Source: a virus
DNA: 64,000 nt
Virus record (IMG/VR): IMGVR_UViG_3300036770_003016
Reading direction: 5' to 3' (one strand)
This document shows, in pieces, positions 1-9,064 of the stretch. Each line of letters opens with the position of its first letter. Within the stretch, counting starts at the first letter, position 1. Below the pieces are notes generated by a model that saw nothing but the letters and a program-made list of their open reading frames with translations, did not search any database and was not told the origin of the DNA. The position numbers were made by a program, and so were the translations under genes.

Positions 1-448
1 TATGTGAGTCAAATGATACTGCCAAAGCATTACTTAATAGTTTTGGAATCTCACCTTTAGTTTTAGTTGATGTCGTTCGATTGTCTAATATCTGAACAGA
101 TTCCATGATCGCATTGTATATTGCCTTATCTTGGCAAAATTTTTCTGTGTTATCGATCAGCCATCGTTCATCAGTATTTACATCACGATCATTTTCTATG
201 TCATTCAGAATTTCAACAGCATCTTTCAATTGACTTTCTGTTAAATTTCTAGATTCAGTCAGATTGATGATAATAGATTCTTTGCTTGGCAAAGAATTAT
301 ACTTGTTGATGAATTCTTGAATTTCTAAAAATAAAGTTTTTTCTGAGTTGTTTGTAAAGTAAGTTGGTTGTAAAAATGGAAGGACTTTTCGTGTGTATTC
401 TTCACTGAAAAGTAGGTTTTTCAAAATTATCGATTCTATTCTGTTCAT
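1..448 (-). CDS. gp41: Replicative DNA helicase gp41, N-terminal part (runs off the window edge)
   Basis: Manual translation from ATG at 448: MNRIESIILKNLLFSEEYTRKVLPFLQPTYF...TEKFCQDKAIYNAIMESVQIL...GEIPKLLSNALAVSFDSH, typical of T4-like gp41; synteny uvsX-gp40-gp41. Confidence 0.93.
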   Translation of the reverse strand, partial: MNRIESIILKNLLFSEEYTRKVLPFLQPTYFTNNSEKTLFLEIQEFINKYNSLPSKESIIINLTESRNLTESQLKDAVEILNDIENDRDVNTDERWLIDNTEKFCQDKAIYNAIMESVQILDNRTTSTKTKGEIPKLLSNALAVSFDSH

Positions 449-722
449 CTTCTATTTGTTTCATTAATAATGTAGTTAAGATATCACCCATCACTTTATG
501 GAAATCTTGATTGGTGTTGAGTTCATCTATATCCCAATTGCCAGGTTCAACTATTGTGTATTCAAAGTTCATTTTACCTTGGCCATCTTCTTCGGTAACA
601 CGAACTTTGTGATAATGATACAATACATCTCTGTAATCGTCAAGTAATAATTTTATACCATCGATAGTTTCATCAACCTTAACGAATTCGTAATGCACAT
701 TTTCATAATATGTATTATGCAT
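402..722 (-). CDS. gp40: Head vertex assembly chaperone gp40-like protein
   Basis: Likely start MHNTYY at 722, overlapping the uvsX stop; YHYHKVRVTEE...FEYTIV...FHKVMGDILTTL; position between uvsX and gp41. Confidence 0.65.
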   Translation of the reverse strand: MHNTYYENVHYEFVKVDETIDGIKLLLDDYRDVLYHYHKVRVTEEDGQGKMNFEYTIVEPGNWDIDELNTNQDFHKVMGDILTTLLMKQIEDEQNRIDNFEKPTFQ

Positions 723-1767
723 TTTCGGTTTCTGGTTCTTCGACTTGAAGAATACTTCCAAAAGAAATTGAATACCTTTGTTTAATAAATTCTTTAAACT
801 TTTCACTCTTTAAAATGTCCTTCCAAAACTCTTTTGTGTTTGTATCAGCTTCACGATACTTTTCACTTGCGACTTCGCCAGTGTCTTGATCTACCTTTGC
901 ATACCAACCAGGAGATGGTTTAGCAACAAACTTTCCTTCCATCGCAATTTCAAGAAGACCAGAATACTTGTTGATACCACCATCAAAAGATACGGTGATA
1001 GGAATCTTAGACTTCTCACGAACATATCTAGACTTCTCAATATTGATGATGAAGTTATAGCCGGATAGTTCTGTTCCAGTTTTTTCTTGTTGGCGACCAA
1101 GAATCCAAATCGTATCAGCAGAATAATAAGAACCTGTACCACCACCAACAATATCTTTTGGAAACATACCAATTTCTTTGTATGTGTGATTGACAACAAC
1201 CATTGGTATATCTTTGATTGTCAAATGTGGTGTAATCATACGAAACAGAGATTTGATTTGTTTAGCACGGGTCATGTCTGCAACTGATTTGCCTTCTAAA
1301 CTATCTTCGACTTCTTTTCGTGATGCAAGATTACCAATTGAATCAAGAATGAGAATAACTTTATCATCTTTGGCAAGGCCTTGCAATTGATTCATCACAT
1401 CGTGTTTCAATTCTTCAACATCAGTAATTGGGGTATGAAGAACACGACCCATATCAATATCAAATGTTTCAAAATATTTTTGTGGTGTTCCAAATTCAGA
1501 ATCATAGAACAACACAACAGCATCTTTATATTTTTTAAGATATGCTGATGCCATCAGAAGTGCAAATGCAGTCTTAAAATGTTTTGATGGACCAGCCAAC
1601 ATTGTAAGACCAGGTGTTAAACCACCTTCAAGATTACCAGAGAGTGCAACATTAATCATTGGCACATCTGTGGGAATCATATCTTTCTCGGTAAAGAATT
1701 TAGATTTATCAAGTATAGAAGAATCTTTGATTGTAGTATTCTTCTTCAATTTATCAAGTAATGACAT
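715..1767 (-). CDS. uvsX: RecA-like recombinase UvsX
   Basis: Walker A AGPSKHFKT, YDSEFG, DSIGNLAS, GGGTGSYYSAD motifs. Confidence 0.97.
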   Translation of the reverse strand: MSLLDKLKKNTTIKDSSILDKSKFFTEKDMIPTDVPMINVALSGNLEGGLTPGLTMLAGPSKHFKTAFALLMASAYLKKYKDAVVLFYDSEFGTPQKYFETFDIDMGRVLHTPITDVEELKHDVMNQLQGLAKDDKVILILDSIGNLASRKEVEDSLEGKSVADMTRAKQIKSLFRMITPHLTIKDIPMVVVNHTYKEIGMFPKDIVGGGTGSYYSADTIWILGRQQEKTGTELSGYNFIINIEKSRYVREKSKIPITVSFDGGINKYSGLLEIAMEGKFVAKPSPGWYAKVDQDTGEVASEKYREADTNTKEFWKDILKSEKFKEFIKQRYSISFGSILQVEEPETENA

Positions 1768-2558
1768 TAAAAAGTACCTCCATTCATATTGGCAATTTTA
1801 GATTTAGGGACGATCTCGTTATCTTCTAATGATACACTATTTGTAGTGCGTTTGTCAAGCCTTTTAGTCTTTCTTTTATTGGTTACATTCAATCTTTTAT
1901 ATGTTTGATTTGCGGCAATCAATAACAATACTGCCAAAGGATCAAAAACAAATATGATTACCAATATTACAACTCGTACTGCTTTGTCTATAAAGTCTGG
2001 GTCTTCTTTAGTATATAGCATTTCTGCAATGTACTTGATTGGCCCAACTTCTGCCATTAGTTTATTTTCTTCTGTAAGTAATGGCAATTTTTCTTGGCTA
2101 ATTCGTTTTAGTTCTGCCTGTGTTTCTTGTATGGCACGATCTGTTGCTCTAGTTATTCTTTCTGGATCATCACCTGCTTTTTTCAGAAGATAATCTAATC
2201 TTTCTTTGGCAATCTTTTCTTGTGAATTTAATATATCTAATTGTACAGTGTTTGCGCCAACAACAATATTAGATTCAATGTGAGCTCTAGATAGAAAACC
2301 AAATATTCCCATCGAAGTAATGAGCATCAGAAGAACAATTGCTGTTATAAAATAATAACGCATTGCTCGCACAGTAACATTCCAATTGTTATATAACCAG
2401 GATACTGTTACTAACTTTGCAACCTCTAGTACAGTGCCCATGATTACAACTGGCAGAAAAGAACCAGGAAAAATCTGTGCAAGACCAATTACAGAATAAA
2501 ATGCCGCAATAGCCGACAAAGCTATTGCGGTCAGAAAAGGTAATAGTGCTTGCATCAT
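1767..2558 (-). CDS. Conserved membrane protein (N-terminal TM helices, coiled coil, C-terminal TM)
   Basis: Hydrophobic helices; EVGPIKYIA and IFVFDPLAVLLLIAAN motifs, familiar from T4-like phage hypothetical proteins. Confidence 0.75.
   Translation of the reverse strand: MMQALLPFLTAIALSAIAAFYSVIGLAQIFPGSFLPVVIMGTVLEVAKLVTVSWLYNNWNVTVRAMRYYFITAIVLLMLITSMGIFGFLSRAHIESNIVVGANTVQLDILNSQEKIAKERLDYLLKKAGDDPERITRATDRAIQETQAELKRISQEKLPLLTEENKLMAEVGPIKYIAEMLYTKEDPDFIDKAVRVVILVIIFVFDPLAVLLLIAANQTYKRLNVTNKRKTKRLDKRTTNSVSLEDNEIVPKSKIANMNGGTF
1829..1858 (-). promoter_or_regulatory. sigma70-type promoter for uvsX, embedded in the 3' end of the upstream gene
   Basis: Minus strand TTGACA-N18-TATCAT, about 60 nt upstream of the uvsX ATG. 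Confidence 0.55.
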
Positions 2559-5089
2559 GAGAAGAAACTATCTAATGTATTTCGTTTCTCTACATCCCAG
2601 CCAATACAATTCAAAATGATCTTGATTGGTTCGATGAAAGATTTCTGAAACTGCATTTCATAATCAACATAAGTTTGCAATTCTAATTCCTTTGGCATCC
2701 TAAGTGGATAAGATATGACATTCTCTTTGACTGGATTAGGAGTCTTGAGATATGTGAATCTCAATTTTTCTCCCTCTTTAATCATAGGATATTTTTTATC
2801 TAGTCCAAACTTTTCTAAGTAGTGATTATATAGAATTGCACCTTTGACATGTATTGGAGTTCCTTTCTTGTACATGGTAACTGAATCTGAATACTCAGAG
2901 ATACCATTTACACTTCTAGGAAAAGAAATCTCTTCTACAGGTAATTTTCTAAACTCTTCGTGGAATTCTTCAATATAATCTTGTACTGTACTTTCATCAG
3001 AATTAATAATCAAGCGAATCACTTCTCGCATCTTCTCTTTCACAGCAGCAGGCGTAGAAGATTTGACAACTTCTAGACCCATGATCTTCATATCTGGTTC
3101 GTTGTACTGTACACCTTCGTTATTGTAAACATTCAACACATATCGTTTCTTGGCAGTCCATATTCCTTTGTCTGCAAGAGCCTCTCGTTTCATTTGCATT
3201 TTTTGTTGAAACGCATTGACATACTCAGCAAGTTCCTCGTAGCTCTTATCAATATACGGTTGAATTTTATCCTCACATACCTTATCCATGAAGGCGATGA
3301 TTTTCTTAGTATCGCTTGTTTCTGTGAACACAGAACCCACCAAAGATGAAAGATTGAGATAGATCGAGTCAGTATCCGATGCAATAACATAATCGTTATC
3401 CGTTTTGAGAATTTTGTTTAGATATTGATTTAGTTTCCCTTCGATCCAACGAATAGACAATTGACCAGCAAGTGTGATCGCAAGAGCCTGTCGCAGATCG
3501 TAGAATCTGAAATATTTAGACCCCATTGCACCATAAGCAGAGTTCAAAGAAACTTTTTTTGCAAGTTGAAGATTATTATATCTTGCAACTAGTTTTTCAA
3601 TTTCAATCTTCTTTTTAGGATCTTTCTCGTTCTCGTAATCTTGTTTTGCCTTCAGCATCAACTTCTTAAACTTCTTACGATCTTCATACATCTCTTCCAT
3701 CATCTTAGGTAAGAAACCTTGAATGTCAGTTCTGAAGAATTGGCCATTTGGTGTTAGACATGCATTTTTTAATCCACACTCTTTGATTCGTACTTCTTTG
3801 TTCAACAGTCTTTCTACACTTACACCTTGACCAAGAATATGCATCATAGGTGGTGTATAATCAGAAGTTTCGATCAAAGTCTCTGGTGAGATATTGTACT
3901 GAATCATCAGGTGAGGATACAGACTGTTCAAGTCAAACGATGCGACCCAGTTGTGTAAACCTACCTGTGGGTCTTTTACATATGCACCTTCATATGCTGC
4001 ATCTTTTTCCTTTCTTTCTTTTGGCGGAATAAGAATATTCTTTTCAAGAAGATAAGAATAGATCAGAGAGTCCCACATTCTTGTCTGAGCAAAAACATCT
4101 TCATAATTTGTTTTTGTATCATAGGCAAGAGTGAGAGCCAACTCAATCAATTTCAGTTTGTCTTCAAGTTCAAAAATAAGTTCAACGTCAACGATATTAT
4201 ACTCAATAAATTTTTGAAAGTTTCTTTTGTAGAGGGTATGCAGATTATCATATTCTGAATAGTCTACTTTCTCTTTGTTGAGTTCTGAATATGCAATGTG
4301 ATTCAGAGTATAGTTTTCTTGTGACTTGCCATTTGGAGCATACCATCTGTAAAGATGAATATAGTCTAATAGAGCAACACCAAGAATACCATAACTCTTT
4401 TTGAGTTTGCCTTTGACCATAACTTCTCTCTCAGAAACATAATTCCAAGGCGAGAGTTTTCTACATTCTTGTTCACCAAGAATACGATTGAAACGATTGA
4501 TGATGTATGGAATATCAAAGAATTCCGTATTCCAGCCAGACAAAACATCTGGGCAATATTCTTGCCACCACATCAGAAACTTTTTACATAGAGTGTATTC
4601 ATCAGGACACTCTACATATTTTTCATTTCCTTTTGTGGTGTATTTGCCACAACCAAAAACAATCGTCTCACCACTTAAGTATTTTAAGCAGATTGAAACG
4701 ATTGGTTCTGTTGCCTTGTATGGGTCAGGAAATCCATTCTCTGATCCAACTTCGATATCGATTACAGCAATAGAGATATTATTAATATCCCATTCGATAG
4801 ATCCTTTGTGATGATCAGCAATAAAAGCATACTCATACCTATCATTGCCATAAATTTTAAAGTTCTCAACTTCTTCATACCTTTTTACAAAATCTTTAGC
4901 CTCACGAATAGTTTCAAACTTTTTAGCCTCTAGTGGCTCATTGAAAAGAGTTTTAAACTCTGTTTGTTTTTTAGTTGGCAAATATAAAACTGGAGAGTAC
5001 TCTATTCTATCTTGAATTCGTTTACCATTTTTTATGCCACGATATAGAACATTGTTACCCTGAACTGCTATATTTGTATAATATTTCAT
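2555..5089 (-). CDS. gp43: DNA polymerase family B, gp43
   Basis: ExoI DIEV, SFDLNSLYPH, KKVSLNSAYG, ASDTDSIY, KKRY motifs; uninterrupted. Confidence 0.98.
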   Translation of the reverse strand: MKYYTNIAVQGNNVLYRGIKNGKRIQDRIEYSPVLYLPTKKQTEFKTLFNEPLEAKKFETIREAKDFVKRYEEVENFKIYGNDRYEYAFIADHHKGSIEWDINNISIAVIDIEVGSENGFPDPYKATEPIVSICLKYLSGETIVFGCGKYTTKGNEKYVECPDEYTLCKKFLMWWQEYCPDVLSGWNTEFFDIPYIINRFNRILGEQECRKLSPWNYVSEREVMVKGKLKKSYGILGVALLDYIHLYRWYAPNGKSQENYTLNHIAYSELNKEKVDYSEYDNLHTLYKRNFQKFIEYNIVDVELIFELEDKLKLIELALTLAYDTKTNYEDVFAQTRMWDSLIYSYLLEKNILIPPKERKEKDAAYEGAYVKDPQVGLHNWVASFDLNSLYPHLMIQYNISPETLIETSDYTPPMMHILGQGVSVERLLNKEVRIKECGLKNACLTPNGQFFRTDIQGFLPKMMEEMYEDRKKFKKLMLKAKQDYENEKDPKKKIEIEKLVARYNNLQLAKKVSLNSAYGAMGSKYFRFYDLRQALAITLAGQLSIRWIEGKLNQYLNKILKTDNDYVIASDTDSIYLNLSSLVGSVFTETSDTKKIIAFMDKVCEDKIQPYIDKSYEELAEYVNAFQQKMQMKREALADKGIWTAKKRYVLNVYNNEGVQYNEPDMKIMGLEVVKSSTPAAVKEKMREVIRLIINSDESTVQDYIEEFHEEFRKLPVEEISFPRSVNGISEYSDSVTMYKKGTPIHVKGAILYNHYLEKFGLDKKYPMIKEGEKLRFTYLKTPNPVKENVISYPLRMPKELELQTYVDYEMQFQKSFIEPIKIILNCIGWDVEKRNTLDSFFS

Positions 5090-5388
5090 TAGATTTTGGG
5101 AATTGCTGATGCTATTGTAATACCTGAACCAAAAATTTTACTGTACTCATTTTCAAGTTCAGTAACCGGATTGTTAATAGTAAGAATGTCAATTATATTG
5201 AAAGTAATTCCTGTTTTAAACTCTTGACTAAACTCTAGAAATGGAACAAATCCCATCATTGGACCATCTTTACTAGGTTGTACAATTACTTGTACAGGCT
5301 CTTTAATAGTAATAGTTTCTTTACTCTGATCAACAACATTACCAATCAATGTTTGATTGGTTTTAAATGTAATTAATTTATTGCTCAT
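5089..5388 (-). CDS. Conserved small hypothetical protein (possible Sm-like fold)
   Basis: 99-aa ORF coupled to gp43; ends in ELENEYSKIFGSGI. Confidence 0.7.
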   Translation of the reverse strand: MSNKLITFKTNQTLIGNVVDQSKETITIKEPVQVIVQPSKDGPMMGFVPFLEFSQEFKTGITFNIIDILTINNPVTELENEYSKIFGSGITIASAIPKI

Positions 5389-5609
5389 GTTGGAATCTCC
5401 GTTTCATAATCAAATACTTTAAGTGTTACCCAGCGTTTAGGGAACAACATTTCTTTTCCAACAAAATCTTTGATGTTGTAATTTGGATCAGGAACTAATC
5501 CAATCAACTCAATTTTGTTATCATAATCTCTGAGATAGAGATCATACTTGTCAGCAGCAATAGTTCTATTCCTAATGGCCAACTTCTTTGCAATTTCTTG
5601 TATACTCAT
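5385..5609 (-). CDS. Hypothetical protein
   Basis: 74-aa ORF with 4-nt overlaps on both sides. Confidence 0.65.
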   Translation of the reverse strand: MSIQEIAKKLAIRNRTIAADKYDLYLRDYDNKIELIGLVPDPNYNIKDFVGKEMLFPKRWVTLKVFDYETEIPT

Positions 5610-5983
5610 ACTTTTTCTCCATTAACAAACTTACTAAAATCAGGTGGTTGCCAACCTTCAGGTTTCAAAATTTTACCATCATCTCTACGCAAAACTTGTT
5701 TGGTATCTTTATCAATTTTCCTTAGATTGCTCAATGCACCTTCATCCCAAATTTTATCACAATCCCAGCCTTTTGACAACATATATCCTACAATTACCCA
5801 AATCATATCGAAACAAGCATCGATCTCTTCTACTTCATCATTATTTAAACGAGCATCAGTAAACTCATTGAATTCTTCAACAATAAGTTTATGATAAAGT
5901 TTTGCTTGTGTGGGATTGTTTACAATTGTAGATTGACCTGCAGCTTGCATGAAGACTTGTACATCAGAAAACACTTTAGTCAT
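5606..5983 (-). CDS. MazG-like / PRA-PH family NTP pyrophosphohydrolase
   Basis: Likely start MTKVFSDV at 5983 after GAGG; EEFNEF...EEIDACFD, SNLRKID and RRDDGKILKPEGW motifs. Confidence 0.85.
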   Translation of the reverse strand: MTKVFSDVQVFMQAAGQSTIVNNPTQAKLYHKLIVEEFNEFTDARLNNDEVEEIDACFDMIWVIVGYMLSKGWDCDKIWDEGALSNLRKIDKDTKQVLRRDDGKILKPEGWQPPDFSKFVNGEKV

Positions 5984-5994
5984 TATAACCTCAT

Positions 5995-6080
5995 AAAAAA
6001 AGTAACCCCGAATGGTGCGCTTTGCCATTCCGCTAGTGGAATGTATCACAGTCAAGAGGCGTTCGGGGTGTTGTTAAATC
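5995..6080. ncRNA. Candidate structured small RNA / cis element
   Basis: ACCCCGAA (6005-6012) pairs with TTCGGGGT (6062-6069) and encloses the hairpin CATTCC/GGAATG; on the minus strand it is flanked by TATAAATA upstream and a T7 run downstream. Confidence 0.5.
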
Positions 6081-6088
6081 TATTTATA
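6081..6088 (-). promoter_or_regulatory. T4-type late promoter
   Basis: Perfect TATAAATA overlapping the rubrerythrin stop codon. Confidence 0.6.
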
Positions 6089-6518
6089 CTTCGGCTTTAT
6101 ATTTCTCTAAAGTCTTAGTGAATTTACCTGCGTGACTGCGTTCTGCTTTTGCAAGAGTTTCAAACCAATCTGCAATCTCATCAAAACCTTCATCACGGGC
6201 AGTCTTTGCCATTCCTGGATACATGTCAGTGTATTCATGTGTCTCACCTTCAATTGCTGAATGTAATGCCTCTGCGACTGAATTTACTTGTTCACCAGTA
6301 CCTGGATCACCTGCGCCACCTTTGAGTAGATACTCCATGTGACCGTGTGCGTGACCAGTTTCACCTTCTGCCGTGTTACGAAATACTGAGGCAACTTCTG
6401 GCGCACCCTCAATATCTGCCATGTTTGCAAAATATAGATATCTGCGGTTGGCCATTGATTCACCTGCAAAAGCCTCTTTTAAGCACTCAGCAGTTTTAGT
6501 TCCTTTTAATGTTGGCAT
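6084..6518 (-). CDS. rbr: Rubrerythrin (short, di-iron ferritin-like, no rubredoxin domain)
   Basis: [52 protein letters not shown] motifs. Confidence 0.93.
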   Translation of the reverse strand: MPTLKGTKTAECLKEAFAGESMANRRYLYFANMADIEGAPEVASVFRNTAEGETGHAHGHMEYLLKGGAGDPGTGEQVNSVAEALHSAIEGETHEYTDMYPGMAKTARDEGFDEIADWFETLAKAERSHAGKFTKTLEKYKAEV

Positions 6519-6534
6519 AATATTTTTTCTCCTA

Positions 6535-6651
6535 TCATTTGCCTTTTAATTGACGAATTACTTCTTCGATCTCGCCTCGGATACTTTCGTTTGAGGAGGG
6601 TATCCAAGGCAAAATATGTTGCAATAATCTAATTACATCTTGTGGGTTCAT
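6535..6651 (-). CDS. Small hypothetical protein, 38 aa (not in ORF track)
   Basis: MNPQDVIRLLQHILPWIPSSNESIRGEIEEVIRQLKGK*; ATGA overlap with the pstS stop; fills the gap. Confidence 0.55.
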   Translation of the reverse strand: MNPQDVIRLLQHILPWIPSSNESIRGEIEEVIRQLKGK

Positions 6652-7664
6652 TTGTTATTAATCTGACTCCAAACTTTTTCACGAATCTGTTTTGTTAGTA
6701 TATCAGGAAGTGGAACATAGTCAAGCTCTAATGCTAACTGTTTGCCATTCTTAAATGCCCAATCAAAGAACTTTAGAACTTCTTGTGACTGTGCTTTGTC
6801 TGCTGGATCTTTGTACATAATAATAAATGATGCAGTAGAAACTGGCCATGCATCTTTACCTTTCTGATCTACAATACTCAAACCCATACCTGGTACTGAG
6901 AACCAATCAGCACCTGCAGCTGCAGCAGCAAAAGTCTTGTCATCTGGATCTACAAACACACCATCTTTGTTTTGTAGTTTCAAATGAGGAATCTTATTCT
7001 TCTTAGCATATGCATACTCAACATATCCAATAGAACCTTTGATTCGTGACACATTTGCAGCGACACCTTCGTTACCTTTACCACCTACACTACTTGCTGC
7101 TGGCCATTTTACTGCTGCACCTCTTCCAACCTTCTCTGCCCACTCTTTACTCACAACAGTAAGATAGTCAGTCCAGTTAAAAGTTGTGCCAGAACCATCA
7201 GCACGGTGAACTACTGTAATTGCAAGGTCTGGTAGTTTCTTACCAGGATTTAATGCAGCAAGTTTTGGATCATTCCAATTTGTAATAGTTCCCATAAACA
7301 ATTCTGCAAGGATTGGTCCAGTAACTCTCAACTCACCAGGAGCAAATCCATCTAAGTTAATAACTGGAACAGTACCACCAATAACTGCTGGGAATTGCAC
7401 CTGGCCATTCTTATCTAAATCTTCTCCTTTTACTGGAGCGTCAGAAGCACCAAAAGTAACTGTCTTTGCATTGATCTGTCTAATACCACCAGAGCTACCA
7501 ATACTCTGATAGTTTAATCCAACACCAGTTTCTTTCTTATATGCCTCTGCCCACTTAGCATAGATTGGATATGGGAAAGTAGCACCAGCACCTGTAATAT
7601 CTGCGGCAAAAGCAGAAACAGATACTACAGATGCAACGAAAACACTTAACAATTTATTAATCAA
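6648..7664 (-). CDS. pstS: Phosphate-binding periplasmic protein PstS
   Basis: Signal peptide; GAGATFPYP, YQSIGSSGG, FGASDAP, HRADGSGTT, IGYVEYAYA; TTG start after AAGGAG. Confidence 0.96.
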   Translation of the reverse strand: MINKLLSVFVASVVSVSAFAADITGAGATFPYPIYAKWAEAYKKETGVGLNYQSIGSSGGIRQINAKTVTFGASDAPVKGEDLDKNGQVQFPAVIGGTVPVINLDGFAPGELRVTGPILAELFMGTITNWNDPKLAALNPGKKLPDLAITVVHRADGSGTTFNWTDYLTVVSKEWAEKVGRGAAVKWPAASSVGGKGNEGVAANVSRIKGSIGYVEYAYAKKNKIPHLKLQNKDGVFVDPDDKTFAAAAAGADWFSVPGMGLSIVDQKGKDAWPVSTASFIIMYKDPADKAQSQEVLKFFDWAFKNGKQLALELDYVPLPDILTKQIREKVWSQINNK

Positions 7665-7774
7665 TTTTTTCTCCTTTATTCAAATTCAGTGACAATTGTA
7701 ATAATTGTCATAATTATTTAACATGACGAACATCAAAAAACAGCGTTTTCAAATATTAAATTTTTGTTACAATA

Positions 7775-8251
7775 CTATGCGATGATGCCAGGCTTGTAAA
7801 CAGTTTTTCCATTCTCTTTCATCGCTGTCATTACCTGCTTTTTCAAATTAGACTTATCATAGCTAACATGAACCCAACCAGAATCAGGAACACCAGGAGT
7901 GTAAAATTCAAGAATGAGTTGAGTAAATTCCAAATTGTCTTTAATCCATTCTGCAAGATCCGCATTTGCTACTCCTGGTATTTCAATGTCTGCTGCCTGT
8001 CCTTTGCAATGGTCAGAAGTCTTTGAACCTCCAACTGCCGCATTTACTTCTGGATGTCTAAAACCAGAATTTACTTTGACGCCTTTTTTGTAATGTTCAC
8101 GAACTGGTTGTAAAACTTTTTCAGCAAGAAGTTTAAGATTGTCTACCTCTGTTTGACCTGGAATATTATCTAATCCATGTCTAAGAGCTGTCTCACTCTT
8201 TACCATCTCCGACAATGTGAAGTTTTCGCTGAGTTTTTGTTTTAGGTCCAT
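7775..8251 (-). CDS. Peptidase M15 family (Zn D-Ala-D-Ala peptidase; probable endolysin)
   Basis: LSENFTLSE, NSGFR, SDHCKGQAADI, GWVHVSY. Confidence 0.9.
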   Translation of the reverse strand: MDLKQKLSENFTLSEMVKSETALRHGLDNIPGQTEVDNLKLLAEKVLQPVREHYKKGVKVNSGFRHPEVNAAVGGSKTSDHCKGQAADIEIPGVANADLAEWIKDNLEFTQLILEFYTPGVPDSGWVHVSYDKSNLKKQVMTAMKENGKTVYKPGIIA

Positions 8252-8432
8252 TTTTATTATCCTTTGTTATATTAGTTATTTGAACACCATTATCTAACAT
8301 ATCAAAGTTTAATTCGTCACCTATATTCCAATCAAGCACATCAATCAATTCTTCTGGTATTTCAATGACTGCATCACCATTATCTAGTATTTCTAGAACT
8401 TTGGATTCATACTTTTTCAATTGCAACACCAC
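8193..8432 (-). CDS. Small AbrB/MazE-like protein (start uncertain)
   Basis: NGDAVIEIPEELIDVLDWNIGDELNF swapped-hairpin pattern. Confidence 0.6.
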   Translation of the reverse strand: MVLQLKKYESKVLEILDNGDAVIEIPEELIDVLDWNIGDELNFDMLDNGVQITNITKDNKNGPKTKTQRKLHIVGDGKE

Positions 8433-8850
8433 ATTTCTCCAAAAATTTTAAGCCATCTTCTGTTCTATAAGTATTTCTGTAGAAGATTTTTCTGATACCA
8501 GATTGAAAAAGAGACTTTGCACATTCTATACATGGTGCATGTGTGATAAACATGTCTGCACCATCAGAAGAATTTGTCGATCTGGCAACTTTACTGATTG
8601 CATTTATCTCAGCATGAATGACTTCTTTTTTAGTTTTTAGTATTGGGCCATCACCTTGTAAGTATGGTAATGTTGGTGTATCAACTTCTTCACAAACATT
8701 ATCCCAACCAGAAGGCATGCCATTGTAACCAATACCAATAATAGTATCATTCTTTACAATCACACACCCAACCTTAAGTCTTGTTGCTGAAGACAAATTG
8801 GCATAAGTCTCAGCGACCTTCATGTGTGCATCAATAAATTTACTCTTCAT
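8407..8850 (-). CDS. cd: dCMP deaminase
   Basis: KVGCVIV, GYNG, HAEINAI, APCIECAK Zn motifs. Confidence 0.95.
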   Translation of the reverse strand: MKSKFIDAHMKVAETYANLSSATRLKVGCVIVKNDTIIGIGYNGMPSGWDNVCEEVDTPTLPYLQGDGPILKTKKEVIHAEINAISKVARSTNSSDGADMFITHAPCIECAKSLFQSGIRKIFYRNTYRTEDGLKFLEKCGVAIEKV

Positions 8851-9025
8851 CTTCTACTTTAACTTTTCGTTTACCTTTTTTCTTCTCTTTTGGTGGTTCA
8901 ATAGACCCCAAAATTATACCACGAATGATTTCTTTTTTAAACATCGTAGCATAACTTGGCTCCATAAATGCCATCATACGCTTGGTTGCTTTAGGTAAAC
9001 GAAAGTTTTTGTCTTGTTTTAGCAT
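8840..9025 (-). CDS. Small basic hypothetical protein
   Basis: ATG at 9025 preceded by GGAG; NFRLPKATKRMMA. Confidence 0.65.
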   Translation of the reverse strand: MLKQDKNFRLPKATKRMMAFMEPSYATMFKKEIIRGIILGSIEPPKEKKKGKRKVKVEDEE

Positions 9026-9038
9026 AATATAAATCTCC

Positions 9039-9059
9039 AAAAAGGGGACCGAAGTCCCC
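9039..9059 (-). terminator. Rho-independent terminator after hsp20
   Basis: GGGGAC-UUCG-GUCCCC followed by UUUUU. Confidence 0.85.
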
Positions 9060-9064
9060 GTTGA

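Noticed and set aside
5995-6080. tRNA, hammerhead or HDV-like ribozyme
   Set aside because: No cloverleaf or T-loop, no CUGAUGA/GAAA core, and the HDV nested pseudoknot could not be built; kept only as an unknown structured RNA
8193-8432. Toxin-antitoxin module
   Set aside because: The AbrB/MazE-like ORF has no adjacent toxin; its neighbours are dCMP deaminase and the M15 peptidase
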